From assembly GCA_964016885.1 (NCBI GenBank), contig OZ024749.1, positions 15,500,001 through 15,564,000 on the forward strand: a stretch of 64,000 bases of DNA, in the 5' to 3' direction. Below, piece by piece: positions 20,601-32,072 of the stretch (position 1 is the first letter of the stretch; each line of letters opens with the position of its first letter). The position numbers were made by a program, and so were the translations under genes. The notes under the pieces are model-generated. The model did not search any database, was not told where the DNA came from, and saw nothing but the letters and a program-made list of their open reading frames with translations. The stretch comes from Eledone cirrhosa. Taxonomy: Eukaryota.

Positions 20601-22091
20601 ATATAGACATACACACACACACAGACACAGTTGACAGATAGACATACACACACACACAGACACAGTTGACATATAGACATACACACACACACACAGACAC
20701 AGTTGACAGATAGACATACACACACACACACAGACACAGTTGACAGATAGACATACACACACACACAGACACAGTTCACAGATAGACATACACACACACA
20801 CACAGACACAGTTGACAGATAGCCATACACACACACACAGACACAGTTGACAGATAGACATACACACACACACAGACACAGTTGACATATAGACATACAC
20901 ACACACACACAGACACAGTTGACAGATAGACATACACACACACACAGACACAGTTGAAATATAGACATACACACACACACAGACACAGTTGACAGATAGA
21001 CATACACACACACACAGACACAGTTGACATATAGACATACACACACACACACAGACACAGTTGACAGATAGACATACACACACACACACAGACACAGTTG
21101 ACAGATAGACATACACACACACATAGACACAGTTGACAGATAGAATACACACACACACAGACACAGTTGACAGATAGACATACACACACACACACAGACA
21201 CAGTTGACAGATAGACATACACATACACACAGACACAGTTGACAGATAGACATACACACACACACACAGACACAGGTGACAGATAGACATACACACACAC
21301 AGACACAGTTGACAGATAGACACACACACACACAGATACAGTTGACAGATAGACATACACACACACACACAGACACAGTTGACATATAGACATACACACA
21401 CACACACAGACACAGTTGACAGATAGACATACACACACACACACAGACACAGTTGACAGATAGACATACACACACACACAGACACAGTTGACAGATAGAA
21501 TACACACACACACAGACACAGTTGACAGATAGACATACACACACACACACAGACACAGTTGACAGATAGACATACACATACACACAGACACAGTTGACAG
21601 ATAGACATACACACACACACACAGACACAGTTGACAGATAGACATACACACACACACACACACACAGACACAGTTGACAGATAGACATACACACACACAC
21701 ACACACACAGACACAGTTGACAGATAGACATACACACACACACACAGACACAGTTGACAGATAGACATACACACACACACACACACACAGACACAGGTGA
21801 CAGATAGACATACACACACACAGACACAGTTGACAGATAGACACACACACACACAGACACAGTTGACAGATAGACATACACACACACACACAGACACAGT
21901 TGACATATAGACATACACACACACACACAGACACAGTTGACAGATAGACATACACACACACACACAGACACAGTTGACAGATAGAATACACACACACACA
22001 GACACAGTTGACAGATAGACATACACACACACACACAGACACAGTTGACAGATAGACATACACACACACACACAGACACAGTTGACAGATA
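1..22091. repeat. Satellite array, ~28-40 bp unit GACACAGTTGACAGATAGACATAC(AC)n, left block (runs off window start)
   Basis: Hundreds of tandem copies of a near-invariant core with variable CA tract; recurrent variants CATTCAC, AGAGAGAC, TGACTGAT, GAAATAT. Confidence 0.99.
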
Positions 22092-22322
22092 AATTTCTAT
22101 TTATTTGCCACGAGGGCACAAAAGAAGGGGACATTTACACAGTGGGGGAGTTTACATAAATCGAGTAAAGAAAAAAGGAATAACAATAATAATATAACAA
22201 TAAAAGTCCTCAAAAGGGAGGGGGCGTGTTGGGGATTGCACATACCCCCGAAAAGTGTGCAACTCTTTTCGCGGGGGAAGCCCAGAGAGGAGGCACTCCC
22301 CCTTTCCTCTTCACTTCTTCAC

Positions 22323-25300
22323 CTACAGAACAATGTAGAGAGAAGGCCCATTTACACGGGCCATTCTCGCTTCTTTCACCCACCTTTCATAAAACTGTCT
22401 GGGACCAAGCACTTCTCTCTCCATCCTGATTCTTCTTCCGAAGTGGTATCGGAAGAAGTAAACCAGGTGATGGCCGGAGAGAAAGTCACCCGACCTCAGA
22501 CCTTTCAGGCGCGTCCACCACACAACCTCTTTCATCATGGCTATTACGCACAGAAAGACCGCCTCTGCTTCATTTCTGAAGGGAGGAGGCGGCTTGATGT
22601 TCACCACAGACTCGGCGGTTAATCGAATCGGCGCCACACGCGACAGCAGTCGTTCGACGTAGCCCCACAGATCGGCAACGCCCGGGCAGTGTACCAGTGC
22701 ATGCGCAACGGTTTCCTCGTCGCGCACGCATCTGGGACAGATCTTTTTCGCGGGATCCCTGCCCGGGCGCCCGTGTCTGTAGAGCTTTTCTCGAACGGGC
22801 AGAGCCCCCCGGTAACACTGCCAGGCTAGGGACCTCTGGAAGTTGTCCATGGGTCCCGGGCCGAAAGTTCTACCGAACAGGCTGGCCAGTTCGTCCTCCT
22901 CCATGCCTAGCGACTCTCCAAGGGTGTCGTCGCCCCTGCTAGCCACCAACCCTCTATAGAATGTCGAGGTGGATTCTCCACTGACAGTCGGGTCCGCTTG
23001 CCAGATAGCCGTGAGCGCCTGGGCACACTCGGTGTGCCAGTTGCCCAGTTTTCTCGGTCTTTGCTTCACCCAGGATTGCAGTTCGGTGAGCGAGACGAGC
23101 TGTGGGAAGGCTCGCCTCACAAACGGGGCCCACACCGGCTGACCGTTGAGGAATACCTGTAGATGCCGTAGCCTCAATGCGTGCCTACGCATCAACAGCC
23201 ACGGCATACCCAGCCCTCCTTTCGAAGGGTGCTGGCAGCAGATGGATCTCCTCACCATGGGAGGCCGCTTCTTCCAGAGGAACTGGAAGAGCATGCGTTC
23301 CATGATGGTGAGCTTTTCCTTGGGGCAAGGCACGACGGTCAGGCGGTAGTAGATGACGGACGCTATGTAAGCGTTCGTCACCTCCGCCCGACCTTTCAGT
23401 GATAGTTTGCACTTGGCCCACTTCTGGGTCAGCGCAAACACCCTACTCGTCACCTCGCCCCAATTCTTCTCCACCTGGAGGTCCGGTCCGAACCAGACCC
23501 CGAGCAGCTTCACCGGGCCCTCCGTCCACCGCCCGACGACACCGTCTAACGGCATCGGTTTGCCCCTCCACGTTCCGAGTTGCAAACCGACTGACTTGTC
23601 CTGGTTCAGCTTAGCCCCCGTCAGCCTTTCGTATTCCTCCAGTAGGGTGGCGATCGCCCCGATTTCCGAGGCGTCCGCCACCATTACTGTTACGTCGTCG
23701 GCATAGGCCGAGACCGCTTTGTGCAATCCCGGTTCCAGGGGTATGCCCCGCAGCAACTCCAACTTCCGCAGCAGTGGCTCGAGAGTCAATACGTACAGAA
23801 GGGAGGAGAGGGGGCACCCCTGTCTGATGGATCGGGTGATGTGAAACGGCTCCGAGAGGTAGCCGTTTACTTTAATCCTAGAGTAGATGTTGCCACTGTG
23901 CATGGCAGAAATCCAGCCCCTGAAAACGGGTCCGAAGCCCGCCGTCGCTAGCACCGCATCCAGGTAACCATGGTCGACCCTATCGAACGCCTTAGATTGA
24001 TCCAAGTTGATCAGGGCCCCACCAAAGCCGGGTTCGTAGCCAACCCTCTCTATGATGTATCGCATGAGGTGGAGGTTGTCGTGAATGGACCTGGACGGGA
24101 TAGCGCATGTCTGCGCGTCTCCCACCAAACCACCCACCACAAGCGCCAACCTCTTCGCCAACACCTTGGCCAAAATCTGTAACTCTGCATTCAGCAGAGT
24201 TATGGGCCTAAAGTTACTTAAGTCGTCCCCCTTGCTCTCGTCCTTCCTCACTAGCGTGACCACGCCCTTGGTCACAGAACAGGGAATTCTCCCGTTCTGT
24301 TGCCAGTTGCAATACACAGCCTCGAGGAGTTCGGAGAACAAGACCGGCATAGCTAAATAAAGTTCGTATGGTAGACCATCGAGACCCGGGGATTTGCGTC
24401 TGCTGCATTGGCTGAGCGCTTCCCCGATTTCAGTGGCTGTGATTGGCCTTTCGCAGCACTCCGCTTCGCCGCTCGAAAGACGCGGTAGACCGTCGAGGTA
24501 TGGACCGAAGTCCACATCCCCGTCCGGCCCCCCGCCACCTCCGAACAGTCGAGCAAAGTGCCTTTGAAAGGTCTCGCACATTCGCTCAGGTTCAAGGATC
24601 ACCCGTCCATCCTGGTCTCGCAAAGACCGAATGGTGGATTTAATCCCACTCTTGGCTTCTGTCACGCGGGCCCAGCTAACAGCTTTGGTCCCCTCGTTTC
24701 CTAAAGCACGTATTTTACTTCGGACAACGCAGCCTTCGTGCTTCGCGTCAAAGAACTGGCTCAATGCCGTTCTCGTCGCTAACACTCTGGCTACGTCTCC
24801 GCTCCTAATCGCCTCTTCTAGTTTATCTGTTAACTCCCTTTCCCTCCTATTTCTATTCGCCGCTAGTTCCTTACTGTAACCTATCGAACTTACTCTAATC
24901 TCTCTCTTTAGAGATATCCACCACCTACTGTTGACGATCGCTCCCGTCAACCGCATCTTAACTAAGCTACTAATCCGGTTTCTGTAATCTTTCTTTGTCG
25001 GTAAGGACAAGTTCATCTTCCAGTAACCGGGACCCTGTCTATGCGTTCTATCAAGGTTGACCACGCAGGTCACTAATTTGTGATCTGAATAGCCAACCAT
25101 GATCAGTTCTGGACAACTAAATACGTCCCTATCCTTACTCCTAACCAAAAACCTATCTAGGTACGATCTAGATTGTCCACTGCGGTTTGCCCAGGTCCAG
25201 GTTGGCGCAGTTGGACAATCTAGTCGAAATCTATCGACCAGGTCGAATCGATCGAGTAACCCCTTGAGGCTGCTACACCCCCCTCTATCGGGACATGCCC

Positions 25301-25751
25301 CTGCATAGTGCCAACGCGCATCTAGGATTCCATTCCAGTCCCCCACTAAAAGCAGGGAACGCGACGTTCCTAGAAAAGTCTCCAGACGCTGGAAGAAGTC
25401 GGCTCTTTCCGCCCCGAAGGGAGCATAAAGACCGACCAGTCTGAAAGCCCCGCCTTCACCGCCTCCGACGTCCAGCACCAGTAATCGACCCCCCGGGTCC
25501 GAGTGAACAATCTGTACGTCGAGAGTCAGACGTTTATCCAGCAGTACGGCAACTCCCCCCCCGCCTCCGGGTTGACAGAGAGATGCGTGCATCTCAAAGT
25601 CATCGAAGGCGGGCGCCAGCTGTCTCACGCTGCTGATCCGACTCTCGCAAACAACCATCACATCTATACTTTGTGACCTGAGGTCACTTAGAAGCTTTGC
25701 TTGCTTCCAAGCTGAGCCCAGGCCACGCGCGTTCAAACAGCCAACTCTCAA
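22323..25751 (-). CDS. Tx1-type ORF2: AP-like endonuclease, reverse transcriptase and C-terminal zinc finger (1142 aa; TTG start in track)
   Basis: APE motifs LNARGL, VCE, LYAP, GDWN, YLDRFL, SDH; RT motifs KSPGLDG, FRPITLLN, LDQSKAFDRVDH, RQGCPLS, YADD; CPRC..ETVAHALVHC; no stops or frameshifts. Confidence 0.97.
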   Translation of the reverse strand: MRVGCLNARGLGSAWKQAKLLSDLRSQSIDVMVVCESRISSVRQLAPAFDDFEMHASLCQPGGGGGVAVLLDKRLTLDVQIVHSDPGGRLLVLDVGGGEGGAFRLVGLYAPFGAERADFFQRLETFLGTSRSLLLVGDWNGILDARWHYAGACPDRGGCSSLKGLLDRFDLVDRFRLDCPTAPTWTWANRSGQSRSYLDRFLVRSKDRDVFSCPELIMVGYSDHKLVTCVVNLDRTHRQGPGYWKMNLSLPTKKDYRNRISSLVKMRLTGAIVNSRWWISLKREIRVSSIGYSKELAANRNRRERELTDKLEEAIRSGDVARVLATRTALSQFFDAKHEGCVVRSKIRALGNEGTKAVSWARVTEAKSGIKSTIRSLRDQDGRVILEPERMCETFQRHFARLFGGGGGPDGDVDFGPYLDGLPRLSSGEAECCERPITATEIGEALSQCSRRKSPGLDGLPYELYLAMPVLFSELLEAVYCNWQQNGRIPCSVTKGVVTLVRKDESKGDDLSNFRPITLLNAELQILAKVLAKRLALVVGGLVGDAQTCAIPSRSIHDNLHLMRYIIERVGYEPGFGGALINLDQSKAFDRVDHGYLDAVLATAGFGPVFRGWISAMHSGNIYSRIKVNGYLSEPFHITRSIRQGCPLSSLLYVLTLEPLLRKLELLRGIPLEPGLHKAVSAYADDVTVMVADASEIGAIATLLEEYERLTGAKLNQDKSVGLQLGTWRGKPMPLDGVVGRWTEGPVKLLGVWFGPDLQVEKNWGEVTSRVFALTQKWAKCKLSLKGRAEVTNAYIASVIYYRLTVVPCPKEKLTIMERMLFQFLWKKRPPMVRRSICCQHPSKGGLGMPWLLMRRHALRLRHLQVFLNGQPVWAPFVRRAFPQLVSLTELQSWVKQRPRKLGNWHTECAQALTAIWQADPTVSGESTSTFYRGLVASRGDDTLGESLGMEEDELASLFGRTFGPGPMDNFQRSLAWQCYRGALPVREKLYRHGRPGRDPAKKICPRCVRDEETVAHALVHCPGVADLWGYVERLLSRVAPIRLTAESVVNIKPPPPFRNEAEAVFLCVIAMMKEVVWWTRLKGLRSGDFLSGHHLVYFFRYHFGRRIRMEREVLGPRQFYERWVKEARMARVNGPSLYIVL

Positions 25752-25756
25752 TTGAT

Positions 25757-25984
25757 CTACTTTGGTATTGAAAGTGAAGAAAGAAAAGCACTTACCTCTC
25801 CGGGTTGCGTAATTTCCATGGCATCAGGTGTGTTGGGTGGAGGGATGTTTTGTGGTGGTGTGGGGGTACACGTGTGTGGTGGGGTTGGGGTATTTGGAGT
25901 TGTGTCAGGGAGAGGGGCGGTTATGGGGATATCTTTCAAGAGGACGCGATTCAACGGTTTTAAACAGGGGGGGCTCACGTCCCG
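25757..25984 (-). CDS. In-frame C-terminal continuation of ORF1 beyond a single TGA (Pro/Thr-rich, ~75 aa)
   Basis: ...TTT TGA CGG GAC GTG AGC... continues in the ORF1 frame to TAG at 25757, with the same Pro/Thr bias as the ORF1 tail. Confidence 0.6.
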   Translation of the reverse strand, partial: RDVSPPCLKPLNRVLLKDIPITAPLPDTTPNTPTPPHTCTPTPPQNIPPPNTPDAMEITQPGEVSAFLSSLSIPK

Positions 25985-27592
25985 TCAAAATTGTTCTTTT
26001 AAGGAACGATAAAGGTCCAGAGGGACCTTTATCATTTTTAAATGGGTGAAGTTCTCTGTTGAGATAAAGTTTGGCCCTTCGGTCTGCACCATAGGGTTAT
26101 TGTTTATTAATTTAACCAGTTTTTTGTTTTCTTTATTTATATATGTGTATTGCAACGTCTTTTTTTGTGATGCTGTCAATGTTTCGGAGAGGGGAGGCGC
26201 AGATTTATTTTTGTTTGTTGAGGGTGGGGTGTTTTTGATTGGAGTTGGTGTTTGTGTGTGGGTTATTTGTGGTGTGCTGTGTGTGTGTTTTCTTTTTTTT
26301 CTTTTAACTTGTCTGAAGGCTTCTCCTCCTTCTTCTTCAGAAGTTGGGGGAAACTCTTCAGCGCTAGGTGGGAGGGACGTGTTGTGTGGTTGTTTTTTTT
26401 TTGCGGGAGGGGTAGATTTGTTACTGTTTTTTTTATTATTTGTTTGGAATGGGTTTTGTGGTGGTGGTGGTGGTAATGTTTGTGTCGTGCTTGTGGTTGG
26501 TGATGGTGGTGGTGATGTTTGTGTTGTGGTTGGTGGTGGTGATTTTTGTGTCGTGCTTGTGTTTGGTGCTGGTGGTGGTGATGTTTGTGTTGTGTTTGTG
26601 GTTGGTGGTGTCTGTATTTTGTTTGCTGTGTGTGGTATTAGTGTACTTTTGGAGGTGGGTGGTGCTGGTGTACTGTTTGTGGTGGGTGTGGGCAATAGTC
26701 CTTTTTGGGGGATACGTTTCGGGCAGTTAGCCTTAACGTGTCCCCTTTCCATGCATAAATAGCATGCTGGTCTTCTCCCCTCTACAATTATGTCTATTGG
26801 GGTAAGGTCATCCAGCCAGATGCGATCCGGGATTTGTGCTATTCTTTCGGGCCTCATTTGGACTAGTATGTCGAGGCCTATTCCCAGGAACGCATCTCCA
26901 GTTGCCTTCCCCATTGACAGCATAGTGTCTTCGCCCATATCAATGAAGCCAGCAATAGCCCACCAGAAGTCCATTGTGGGCAGCATTGTTTTTACTTTTA
27001 CTCTCTGTGTTCTTCTACCCATGTAGGAGGGATAGAAGCTATATGTTGTCGACGAGAGTGGGCTTAGGGAAAGCTTCTCCGCCGTTTCTTTGTCTCTTGT
27101 TAGGACCGAAATGCTGCCATAGAGTCGGTCCTTTCGTATGAAGAGAATATTCTTCATATAGTCTTTTAGGACTAACTCTATTTCCATTTGGCTGGGCTGT
27201 GCTGGCTTTCTTGTCTGGTTCAGTATAGTTCTGTATAGAACTGTGTTTTCTGCTCTGGCTTTCTTGAATTCTGGGGGGAAGTTAATGGAAAACATTCCGT
27301 TCTCCCCCAAAACAATGTGTTTCTTTGCTTCGGCCAGTTTTTCTCTGGCGGCAGTTAGGTCAATTGGTGTGTATGTAATGGATTGTTTTGTTTTCTGGGC
27401 GAAAGTTGCCCTGTCGTTATTTGTATTATTTTCTGTTTGTTTGTTTTCTGTTTGCTCATTTTCCTTAACATTTGTTTTTTCATTTTGTTTGTTTGTTTCA
27501 ATGTCTAATTTTGTTGTAATTATTTTTTGTTCTTCAGACTTGGGGGGCGTGGCAGAGCTAATGGCAGACATGTCTGCCATCTTTTCCGCCAT
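25985..27592 (-). CDS. Tx1-type ORF1 gag-like nucleic-acid-binding protein (probable ATG at 27592, MAEKMADM...)
   Basis: Zinc knuckle CYLCMERGHVKANC preceded by GRRPA; Pro/Thr-rich tail, basic KRKKRK motif; lies upstream of ORF2. Confidence 0.9.
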   Translation of the reverse strand: MAEKMADMSAISSATPPKSEEQKIITTKLDIETNKQNEKTNVKENEQTENKQTENNTNNDRATFAQKTKQSITYTPIDLTAAREKLAEAKKHIVLGENGMFSINFPPEFKKARAENTVLYRTILNQTRKPAQPSQMEIELVLKDYMKNILFIRKDRLYGSISVLTRDKETAEKLSLSPLSSTTYSFYPSYMGRRTQRVKVKTMLPTMDFWWAIAGFIDMGEDTMLSMGKATGDAFLGIGLDILVQMRPERIAQIPDRIWLDDLTPIDIIVEGRRPACYLCMERGHVKANCPKRIPQKGLLPTPTTNSTPAPPTSKSTLIPHTANKIQTPPTTNTTQTSPPPAPNTSTTQKSPPPTTTQTSPPPSPTTSTTQTLPPPPPQNPFQTNNKKNSNKSTPPAKKKQPHNTSLPPSAEEFPPTSEEEGGEAFRQVKRKKRKHTHSTPQITHTQTPTPIKNTPPSTNKNKSAPPLSETLTASQKKTLQYTYINKENKKLVKLINNNPMVQTEGPNFISTENFTHLKMIKVPLDLYRSLKEQF

Positions 27593-27795
27593 GCTGCCAA
27601 GAAAGAAATTTTTCGGCAAAAATAGATATTTATTTTACCCCCTAAAAAGGGGGTAAATGCAAAAATGTTTCCCTAAATAACAGGGGTTAGTGTTCCAAAT
27701 GTGTTGCACTAAAAAATTTATCCGGTACTTACAATAGTAAGGGTAAATCCCGATGGAATAGCGGAGCCGATGCGAAGCGTGTCTTACTCTATCAA

Positions 27796-30700
27796 GATAG
27801 ATAGATAGATGCACACACACACAGACACAGTTGACAGATAGACATACACACACACACACAGTTGACAGATAGACATACACACACACATACAGACACAGTT
27901 GACAGATAGACATACACACACACACAGACACAGTTGACAGATAGACATACACACACACACAGACACAGTTGACAGATAGACATACACACACACACACAGA
28001 CATACACAGTTGACAGATAGACATACACACACACACACACAGTTGACAGACAGACATACACACACACACACAGACACAATTGACAGATAGACATACACAC
28101 ACACACAGACACAGTTGACAGATAGACATACACACACACACAGACACAGTTGACAGATAGACATACACACACACACACAGACACAATTGACAGATAGACA
28201 TACACACACACACAGACACAATTGACAGATAGACACACACACACACACAGACACAGTTGACAGATAGACATACATACACACACAGACACAGTTGACAGAT
28301 AGACATACACACACACACAGACACAGTTGACAGATAGACATACACAAACACACAGACACAGTTGACAGATAGACACACACACACACACAGAGACACAGTT
28401 GACAGATAGACATACACACACACACACAGACACAGTTGACAGATAGACATACACACACACACAGTTGACAGATAGACATACACACACACACAGACACAGT
28501 TGACAGATAGACATACACACACACACACAGACACAGTTGACAGGTAGACATACACACACACAGAGACACAGTTGACAGATAGACATACACACACACACAC
28601 AGACACAGTTAACAGATAGACATACACACACACAGACACAGTTGACAGATAGACATACACACACACACATACACAGTTAACAGATAGACATACACACACA
28701 CAGACACAGTTGACAGATAGACATACACACACACACAGACACAGTTGACAGATAGACATACACACACACACAGACACAGTTAACAGATAGACATACACAC
28801 ACACAGACACAGTTGACAGATAGACATACACACACACACAGACACAGTTGACAGATAGACATACACACACACACAGTTGACAGATAGACATACACACACA
28901 CACAGACACAGTTGACAGATAGACATACACACACACACAGTTGACAGATAGACATACACACACACACACAGACACAGTTGACAGATAGACATACACACAC
29001 ACACACAGACACAGTTGACAGATAGACATACACACACACACAGACACAGTTGACAGATAGTCATACACACACACACACAGACACAGTTGACAGATAGACA
29101 TACACACACACACAGACACAGTTGAAAGATAGACATACACACACACACAGACACAGTTGACAGATAGACATACACACACACACAGACCCAGTTGACAGAT
29201 AGACATACACACACACACAGACACAGTTGACAGATAGACATACACACACACACACAGACACAGTTGACAGATAGACATACACACACACACAGACACAGTT
29301 GACATATAGACATACACACACACACATTTGACAGATAGTCATACACACACACACACACAGACACAGTTAACAGATAGACATACACACACACAGTTGACAG
29401 ATAGACATACACACACAGACACAGTTGACAGATAGACATACACACACACACAGACACAGTTGACAGATACACATACACACACACACACACACACAGTTGA
29501 CAGATAGACATACACACACAAACACAGTTGACAGATAGACATTCACACACACACAGACACATTTGACAGATAGACATACACACACACACACACAGTTGAC
29601 AGATAGACATACACACACACACACACAGTTGACAGATAGACATACACACACACACACGGAGACAGCTGACAGATAGACTTACACACACACACAGACACAG
29701 TTGACAGATAGACATACACACACACACAGACACAGTTGACAGATAGACATACACACACACACAGACACAGTTGACAGATAGACATTCACACACACACAGA
29801 CACAGTTGACAGATAGACATACACACACACACACAGTCACAGTTGACAGATAGACATACACACACACACACACACAGTTGACAGATAGACATACACACAC
29901 ACACACAGACACAGCTGACAGATAGACATACACACACACACACACAGACACAGTTGACAGATAGACATACACACACACAGACACAGTGGACAGATAGACA
30001 TACACACACACAGTTGACAGATAGACATACACACACACAGTTGACAGATAGACATACACACACACACACACAGACACAGTTGACAGATAGACATACACAC
30101 ACACACAGACACAGTTGACAGATAGACATACACACACACACACAGTTGACAGATAGACATACACACACACACACACAGACACAGTTGACAGATAGACATA
30201 CACACACACACACAGACACAGTTGACAGATAGACATACACACACACACACAGACACAGTTGACAGATAGACATACACACACACACACACACAGTTGACAG
30301 ATAGACATACACACACACACATATACAGTTGACAGATAGACATACACACACACACACACACAGTTGACAGATAGACATACACACACACACACACACAGTT
30401 GACAGATAGACATACACACACACACATATACAGTTGACAAATAGACATACACACACAGACACAGTTGACAGATAGACACATACACACACACAGACACAGT
30501 TGACAGATAGACATACACACACACACAGACACAGTTGACAGATAAACATACACACACACACAGACACAGTGACAGATAGACACACACACCCACACAGACA
30601 CAGTTGACAGATAGACATACACACACACACAGACACAGTTGACAGATAGACATACACACACACACAGACACAGTTGACAGATAGACATACACACACACAC

Positions 30701-31176
30701 AGACACAGTTGACAGATAGACACACACACACACACAGTTGACAGATAGACATACACACACACACAGTTGACAGATAGACACACACACACACACATACACA
30801 CACACTCAGACACAGTTGACAGATAGACATACACACACACACAGACACTGTGACAGATAGACATACACACACACAGACACAGTTGACAGATAGACATACA
30901 CACACACACAGACACAGTTGACAGATAAACATACACACACACACAGACACAGTGACAGATAGACACACACACACACACAGACACAGTTGACAGATAGACA
31001 TACACACACACACAGACACAGTTGACAGATAGACATACACACACACACAGACACAGTGACAGATAGACATACACACACACAGACACAGTTGACAGATAGA
31101 CATACACACACACAGACACAGTTGACAGATAGACATACACACACACAAACAGTTGACAGATAGACATACAGACACA
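27796..31176. repeat. Satellite array, right block (same unit, preceded by a short (GATA)n)
   Basis: Same core; its own frequent variants CAATTGAC, GTTAACAG, AGTGACAG. Confidence 0.98.
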
Positions 31177-31207
31177 CCCAGAAGATTGTATTGAAAGAAA
31201 GGCCTAA

Positions 31208-31235
31208 TTATGTAATAAGGTTATTAGCAATTGTA

Positions 31236-31290
<55 letters not shown>

Positions 31291-31305
31291 TGTGTGTGTA
31301 TGTGT

Positions 31306-31349
<44 letters not shown>

Positions 31350-31936
31350 TTTGAACACCTAAAACTCGCGAAGTACCCAACCGAGTGTTTTAAAACTTTA
31401 CATGTGTATTACTTGTTTCAGGGAGTGTTATGCACATAAAATTCAACTTTTTGATCCCCTAGGGTGAAAAACTGCGTTTTTTTACCAGCTTTTTAGGGTT
31501 TTTTTGAGGCGTTACGCCAGACCGATTTCCTTGAAATTGTAACTAATATATTAGTCAGTCTCTTCATCATACCATGAGCAAAGAAAATCCAACTTTTTTA
31601 TGGACAACTTTTTATGGCATTAGGTGATAAACTTCACTTTTTCAGCTTTTTAGGGCTTTTTTGAGGCGTTACGTCTGGCCGATTTTCCCGAAATTTCAAG
31701 GCATATTATGCACATAAAAAAATTCATTTTCTTGACACCTAATGCGATCGCATTAGGTGAAAACCTGCATTTTTCCTGCTTCATCGAGGAAAATCTTAAA
31801 GATTATCCAGCCATCAGAATATTCGGTTTATTTTCTTTACATATTGTCCAGGCATGCAGTTTTTCCACGATTAGGTCTGTTGGCGGCCCGCGTTCCAAAA
31901 TACCTTATCCCGTGCAACGCCGAGTACCACTGCTAG
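31208..31936 (+). mobile_element. Non-autonomous Helitron-like element (5' boundary uncertain)
   Basis: 3' end CCCGTGCAACGCCGAGTACCACTG-CTAG|T matches the terminus of the 49501-50580 element; 5' (GT)n tract and an internal partial duplication. Confidence 0.6.
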
Positions 31937-31958
31937 TAATTTATAAGTCTACTGTCTA

Positions 31959-31991
<33 letters not shown>

Positions 31992-32072
31992 TGTATGTAT
32001 GTATGTATGTATGTATGTATGTATGTATGTATGTATGTATGTATGTATGTATGTATGTGTGTGTATGTGTTT

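Larger units (their letters stand above)
22092..27795 (-). mobile_element. Apparently full-length Tx1/L1-clade non-LTR retrotransposon inserted in the satellite
   Basis: Two-ORF layout (CCHC gag-like ORF1, APE-RT ORF2), ~200-nt 5' UTR, ~230-nt 3' UTR ending AATAAATAGAAATT; satellite resumes on both sides at a GATA motif. Confidence 0.93.

Noticed and set aside
521-22134. Very long Cys/Val-rich ORFs (up to 2585 aa) on the minus strand
   Set aside because: Translation of a (GT)n-based satellite that lacks stops in all three frames; no domain content
25757-25795. Mini-intron GTAAGT...GTAG that could fuse ORF1 to ORF2
   Set aside because: The 39-nt (or 36-nt) excision keeps the ORF1 frame and meets a stop, so it does not fuse; also very short for an intron
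22226-27656. Plus-strand ORFs overlapping the retrotransposon (e.g. 26046-26762)
   Set aside because: Antisense shadows of GC-rich or Pro/Thr-rich coding sequence
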